A stretch of DNA of 50,934 bases, from IMG/VR virus record IMGVR_UViG_3300030382_002670, positions 1-50,934 of that record, one strand, 5' to 3'. The position numbers and the translations under genes are program-made. This stretch comes from a virus (Duplodnaviria > Caudoviricetes). Positions 47,214 through 50,934 of this stretch are shown here, one piece after another; within the stretch, counting starts at the first letter, position 1, and each line of letters starts with the position of its first letter. Below the pieces are notes generated by a model. That model made no database searches. It was given only the letters and a program-made list of their open reading frames with translations, and was not told where the DNA came from.

Positions 47214-47222
47214 GATTGTAAG

Positions 47223-47459
47223 TTACCTTGCTAGTGTATATCTGGCAAAGGTTTTTCCATTTTCTGTTACATCATTAGTAACAATATCCATTCCATGGTT
47301 ATGTCTTAGCTCCCATATGAGCCCACCTAACCTTGTGATATTGTACATTTCAATGGCCTTCATAGTATCTATAGACCATCCTCTTTCTAACCTTTTTCTT
47401 ATTTTTTGCAAACCACTGTTAGGGTTTACTTGTCCTTTTTTTCTGCCACGTTTAGCCAT
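47223..47459 (-). CDS. winged helix-turn-helix DNA-binding protein
   Basis: LE.G.SI...AI..Y...RL...I.ELR...G..I.T...FARY pattern; AAGGAGG Shine-Dalgarno. Confidence 0.8.
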   Translation of the reverse strand: MAKRGRKKGQVNPNSGLQKIRKRLERGWSIDTMKAIEMYNITRLGGLIWELRHNHGMDIVTNDVTENGKTFARYTLAR

Positions 47460-47474
47460 TTAAGGCCTCCTTTT

Positions 47475-47936
47475 TTAGTTGCGGCCCATAACATCACTTG
47501 TCGCTAGTTTGCGAAGCACGTAATCTCTTGTATGGGCATCTTGTTTGTTTAAGAAATTGAGTATCTTTATATACTCAGTTCCAAGTAACGGTCCTTTCCT
47601 AGTATTACATCTCTTACATATCATCTGAAGGTTCTTAAGATTTGAACCACCACCCATACTAAGGGGGACAATATGGTCGCAGACAATGTTACTAACATCA
47701 AGATGTAGATTACAATATCTACAATGTCTGTTGTAACATTTAAGTAGTAATTCTCGGATTTCTGTGAGTGAGATGTCAAATTCGACTTCATACTCTCTGC
47801 TCCTTCTCTTTAAAGAGGAACGTAACGTTGAAGACTTCTTCATTAAGCGATGAAATGCATGTTTCCAAAGGTGCTTATGTTTTCTTTGTAGTTTTCGCTT
47901 AAATCTATCTTCCCACGTTTTCATTCTCTTATGCAT
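47475..47936 (-). CDS. HNH endonuclease
   Basis: CRYC...DHIVPLSMGG...NLQMICKRCNTRKG. Confidence 0.92.
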   Translation of the reverse strand: MHKRMKTWEDRFKRKLQRKHKHLWKHAFHRLMKKSSTLRSSLKRRSREYEVEFDISLTEIRELLLKCYNRHCRYCNLHLDVSNIVCDHIVPLSMGGGSNLKNLQMICKRCNTRKGPLLGTEYIKILNFLNKQDAHTRDYVLRKLATSDVMGRN

Positions 47937-48166
47937 TAGTTTATGTCTCTTTTTGCGTTTTTAAAGTCGTCTTCTAGCTCTTTTAAGTTTGTACTTTTCC
48001 AAGCGAATACTAGTTGACATTCCGTGTTCAATACTCCGAATATAATGGACAAGTAGGGGCCCATTTCTGAACCCCTCCAGTCCAAACCGAACTTAAATAT
48101 TCGGAATAGAGTAAACCCGATTAATTTGTCAAATAGATGAACTTGGAGTATTAGTCCTTTATTCAT
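47936..48166 (-). CDS. hypothetical protein
   Basis: 76 aa; AAGGAGA Shine-Dalgarno; coupled to the HNH gene. Confidence 0.65.
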   Translation of the reverse strand: MNKGLILQVHLFDKLIGFTLFRIFKFGLDWRGSEMGPYLSIIFGVLNTECQLVFAWKSTNLKELEDDFKNAKRDIN

Positions 48167-49925
48167 ATACTCTCCTTAATCTAAAGCTAGGTCTCCACTC
48201 TAATTTGGCATCAAATAACTCTCCATCTGTATTTTTAAACATTTGAAGTGATTTTGATGTCGAATCGGCCTGACCATTTAGACCGATTACTTTACGACTA
48301 GCATTCTCTATAGCACCAGAGCCTTTACCAGCATATAAGTCTAGTATTTCATTTCTGCTGTAATCTCTGCTAACTTGAGATACTTGAATAATAATCACAT
48401 CCATATTAACCGCCATACTTGATAGTGCGTGTGATATGTATTTTACCTGTTCATACTCTCCTCGTATATGAGGTGGAGTCTCTACTAGGTCTATGTAATC
48501 GACTACAACTAAAGCTGGTTGCAATTCAATGATTTTATTCTGTATCTGGTCTATTGAAGGCGCTATTGTCTGTATCTGTAAATGGTCAACATCTTCTTTA
48601 TGTTTCTCGAAGATTTCCTTGTAGTTTTGATTAACCATTTCTTTAGACATACCTGATACTATCTGCAGATTCCTTCTGTGCATATACCATGCTGAAAGCT
48701 CTAAAGATAAGTATAAGGTAGGTATTTGATACTCTGACTTTACACAATCATCTGCAAAGTCAACACCTAATGCTATACATTGTGCTAGTGTTGTTTTACT
48801 TGACCCAGTAGGACCAAATATCGTCACCAGTTCACCTGGATATATTGACGCATCTAATCCTTCCATACCTAACATTTTAGTCAAGTTGATACTTCTGCCG
48901 CTAAAGTCTGTAGTCATTCGTTCATCGAACTCAACTTGCAGTTCCTTAGCAGTCTTTACACCTATATGATAGTCTTTTCTTTTAAAGTATATACAGTTAG
49001 GTTTACAATGTTTATGCATAATAGTGTCATTACAGCCATAGCGATAATTTCTATTATATACATTTTCAACCTGTTCTATTACATCCTGTTCTTCCATACT
49101 TTTATTATTCCAATGAAGCATAGATACTTTAGCGTAATCACTAGGTATGCCGTGCCTCTTGAAATGACTGACTATTCTCATAGATGTGTTATGTCTACCA
49201 CCTTCGACAGGACCTTGGTTAAGCATAGATTGAACGCAAGGAACTACTTTTGTAGGTTCAGACACAGAAGTCATAGCTCTTAGAGAGGGAGCTTGAGTTA
49301 CTACATACTCCTCTAGCTCTCCCTCTGCTACTAACTCCGAATAGGGATATTCAACCCTATTAGATTTTGCCATTTCCATTATTTCTTCACATTTAAGTCC
49401 AAATACCTCTTTTCTTGTGAGGGGTATCTTGTACAGATTTGTCTTTTGATTAAGAGTATGCTGCACTCTATAGATACCTGTCCTCATATAGACCATAGGG
49501 TCAACCTCTGTAAATAGTTTCTTAATTGTGCTTTTTACTAGATATGGCAAATCTCTGTGCGGAGTGAAGTTAAAGAGCTGATTCGTAAGAACTAAGTGAT
49601 AACCAGAACCAGAAAAATAAGATTGATAATTCTGCTCAGTTATACTTAGTTCTTGCAAATCATATAATATGCTTTGTAGCTTAGCCAAAGTGAACTCATT
49701 AGAGTTACTACCTTTATCTATATCTATCAAAACATTATCAATAGCTCTCTCACCGAAATAGCCTTTTAAAGAACCATGTTCTAACGCATGCTCTTTGGCA
49801 TCCTCGTCATATAAATACATTGAACGATATAAAGGTTCTCCGTTAATAAACTTAACCAAGTCCTTCTTATCTATAACATATCCTCTATTACGTGGAGTGC
49901 CTTTTGCTATTTCGATGTAGTTCAT
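48159..49925 (-). CDS. primase-helicase fusion (archaeo-eukaryotic primase + Cys domain + DnaB-like SF4 helicase)
   Basis: AEP motifs IDID, FSGSGYH and D..VY...IYR; helicase motifs GELVTIFGPTGSSKTT, LYLSLEL, VVVDYID, SQVSR and GSGAIE. Confidence 0.9.
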   Translation of the reverse strand: MNYIEIAKGTPRNRGYVIDKKDLVKFINGEPLYRSMYLYDEDAKEHALEHGSLKGYFGERAIDNVLIDIDKGSNSNEFTLAKLQSILYDLQELSITEQNYQSYFSGSGYHLVLTNQLFNFTPHRDLPYLVKSTIKKLFTEVDPMVYMRTGIYRVQHTLNQKTNLYKIPLTRKEVFGLKCEEIMEMAKSNRVEYPYSELVAEGELEEYVVTQAPSLRAMTSVSEPTKVVPCVQSMLNQGPVEGGRHNTSMRIVSHFKRHGIPSDYAKVSMLHWNNKSMEEQDVIEQVENVYNRNYRYGCNDTIMHKHCKPNCIYFKRKDYHIGVKTAKELQVEFDERMTTDFSGRSINLTKMLGMEGLDASIYPGELVTIFGPTGSSKTTLAQCIALGVDFADDCVKSEYQIPTLYLSLELSAWYMHRRNLQIVSGMSKEMVNQNYKEIFEKHKEDVDHLQIQTIAPSIDQIQNKIIELQPALVVVDYIDLVETPPHIRGEYEQVKYISHALSSMAVNMDVIIIQVSQVSRDYSRNEILDLYAGKGSGAIENASRKVIGLNGQADSTSKSLQMFKNTDGELFDAKLEWRPSFRLRRVYE

Positions 49926-50533
49926 AGAGCGCCTAATCCAGCACTATCTAGATTAACGTTACCACTCTTAGGAACACCATTGATATCAGCTTCAGTAGCT
50001 TCTTTAATGTAACCTTTTGATTTCATCCAATTGATATCATCTGCTAATTTAGCTTTATGTTCAGCTGTATTAGTATAGATTCTTGGATGAACCCTTGTAT
50101 ATACTTTGTCGCCCATTTTCTTTGGCTTCTCTTTATATACATAGGCAATAAAGTTATAATTAAGGTCTGCTCCAGGTATTTCATCTTGAGCGTATTGATT
50201 AAGATGTGTTCCTATATTTGCAATAGGTTCACCACCTTGAGTCTCAAACTCTCCTTTAATGTTAATACCTGCATCACAACCCATTTGCTCAAATGCATGA
50301 TACATTCTTTTGATTACAGAACCTCCTGTTACGTCTCCATTAGGGTCTTTATCTAATGAACCAGCAATCTTCAGAGATTTAGTGTAATCACTTCCATTTT
50401 GCTTTATTTCTATTTCTATGAATATGTCAGCCCAATCATATGTGCCACCTTTGTCAGAGAAATCCAATAATGCGATTTCACATATTCCATAGAAGTTATT
50501 ACTTTCTGCTGCTTTTGGTTTAAATAACGCCAT
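49922..50533 (-). CDS. putative single-stranded DNA-binding protein
   Basis: Position between a Sak4-like ATPase and the primase-helicase; beta-rich N-terminus. Function inferred from context only. Confidence 0.45.
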   Translation of the reverse strand: MALFKPKAAESNNFYGICEIALLDFSDKGGTYDWADIFIEIEIKQNGSDYTKSLKIAGSLDKDPNGDVTGGSVIKRMYHAFEQMGCDAGINIKGEFETQGGEPIANIGTHLNQYAQDEIPGADLNYNFIAYVYKEKPKKMGDKVYTRVHPRIYTNTAEHKAKLADDINWMKSKGYIKEATEADINGVPKSGNVNLDSAGLGAL

Positions 50534-50534
50534 G

Positions 50535-50933
50535 TTATTTGTCTCCTTTATCTTTGTATATGTTATTCCAGTTAAACTGGAGTTGTTTACCTTTAAGATG
50601 AGGACTTCTTGAACCAGCCTCTAATGCACCATTTGACTTAAATGATATCATTAACTCACTCGTTCCATCCTCTTCTTCTTCGCTTCTGTAGACATATCCT
50701 ATAGCATCACAAGCAGACATTAGCATATTCTTTAGTTTACCAGTTATATCTAAACTCTCTGGTTCAACCATTGTTGCGCCTTCTAATATCGCTTTTGCTG
50801 TTTTTCTATGTCCAACTATTATTACTCTAGGGAAGATACTTTTAAGCGTATCAACAGTAGCGAGAACTTTCTCTCTTACCATACCGAAGCCTTTTCCAAA
50901 GGGTAAGTCTGCTATAGACCTTACACTTTCTTC
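50535..50933 (-). CDS. AAA_24 / Sak4-like ATPase (5' part lies beyond the window edge)
   Basis: Frame is open to the window end (EESVRSIADLPFGKGFGMVREKV); IIVGH, LDITGKLK, DAIGYVYR and EAGSR..HL motifs. Confidence 0.8.
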   Translation of the reverse strand, partial: EESVRSIADLPFGKGFGMVREKVLATVDTLKSIFPRVIIVGHRKTAKAILEGATMVEPESLDITGKLKNMLMSACDAIGYVYRSEEEEDGTSELMISFKSNGALEAGSRSPHLKGKQLQFNWNNIYKDKGDK

Positions 50934-50934
50934 A

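Noticed and set aside
44957-50356. Plus-strand ORFs within the minus-strand replication block (e.g. 45585..46019, 48936..49283, 50057..50356)
   Set aside because: Antisense to motif-bearing genes; no independent support.
1-50934. Stop-codon reassignment as seen in some crAss-like phages
   Set aside because: Genes of 8-9 kb are uninterrupted in the standard code, and TAA, TAG and TGA all end genes at tight junctions.
1-50934. CRISPR array, tRNA genes, integrase, reverse transcriptase/DGR, introns or inteins
   Set aside because: No spaced direct repeats, tRNA T-arm/cloverleaf, recombinase or RT motifs noticed; TerL, helicase and MCP are of normal length and uninterrupted. A by-eye search could miss weak cases.

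Overview
AT-rich (about 35% GC by eye) segment of a tailed dsDNA bacteriophage with podovirus-type gene content, read in the standard genetic code. It has two opposed modules. (1) A plus-strand late block, about 1.4-44.5 kb: M15 endolysin, probable TerS, TerL, P22-like portal, scaffold, major capsid protein, capsid/tail accessory genes, a metallophosphoesterase, a 2693-aa nozzle/stabilisation-type tail protein, two ejection-type proteins and a ~3100-aa giant protein. (2) Minus-strand early/replication genes at both window ends: peptide deformylase on the left; an AAA_24/Sak4-like ATPase, SSB candidate, AEP primase-DnaB helicase fusion, HNH, HTH proteins and a PD-(D/E)XK nuclease on the right. 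The main discovery is that the giant protein carries a two-barrel RNA polymerase active-site signature (LRVP...GGADLDGD) plus a SLOG-like domain. This points to a virion-packaged single-chain RNA polymerase, analogous to that of crAss-like phages, in a phage that uses strong Shine-Dalgarno sites. Its probable true start (34811) is separated from the main frame by a +1 frameshift. A GC-rich multi-stem element at the early/late divergence point (about 1183-1303) is a candidate promoter or terminus for this system. Other points: apparent absence of GATC, three tiny basic ORFs missed by the ORF track, a shared MAxWK N-terminal motif on three tail genes, and a structured intergenic element at about 47150-47210. 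All functional calls rest on motifs recognised by eye and on gene context; no searches were run.
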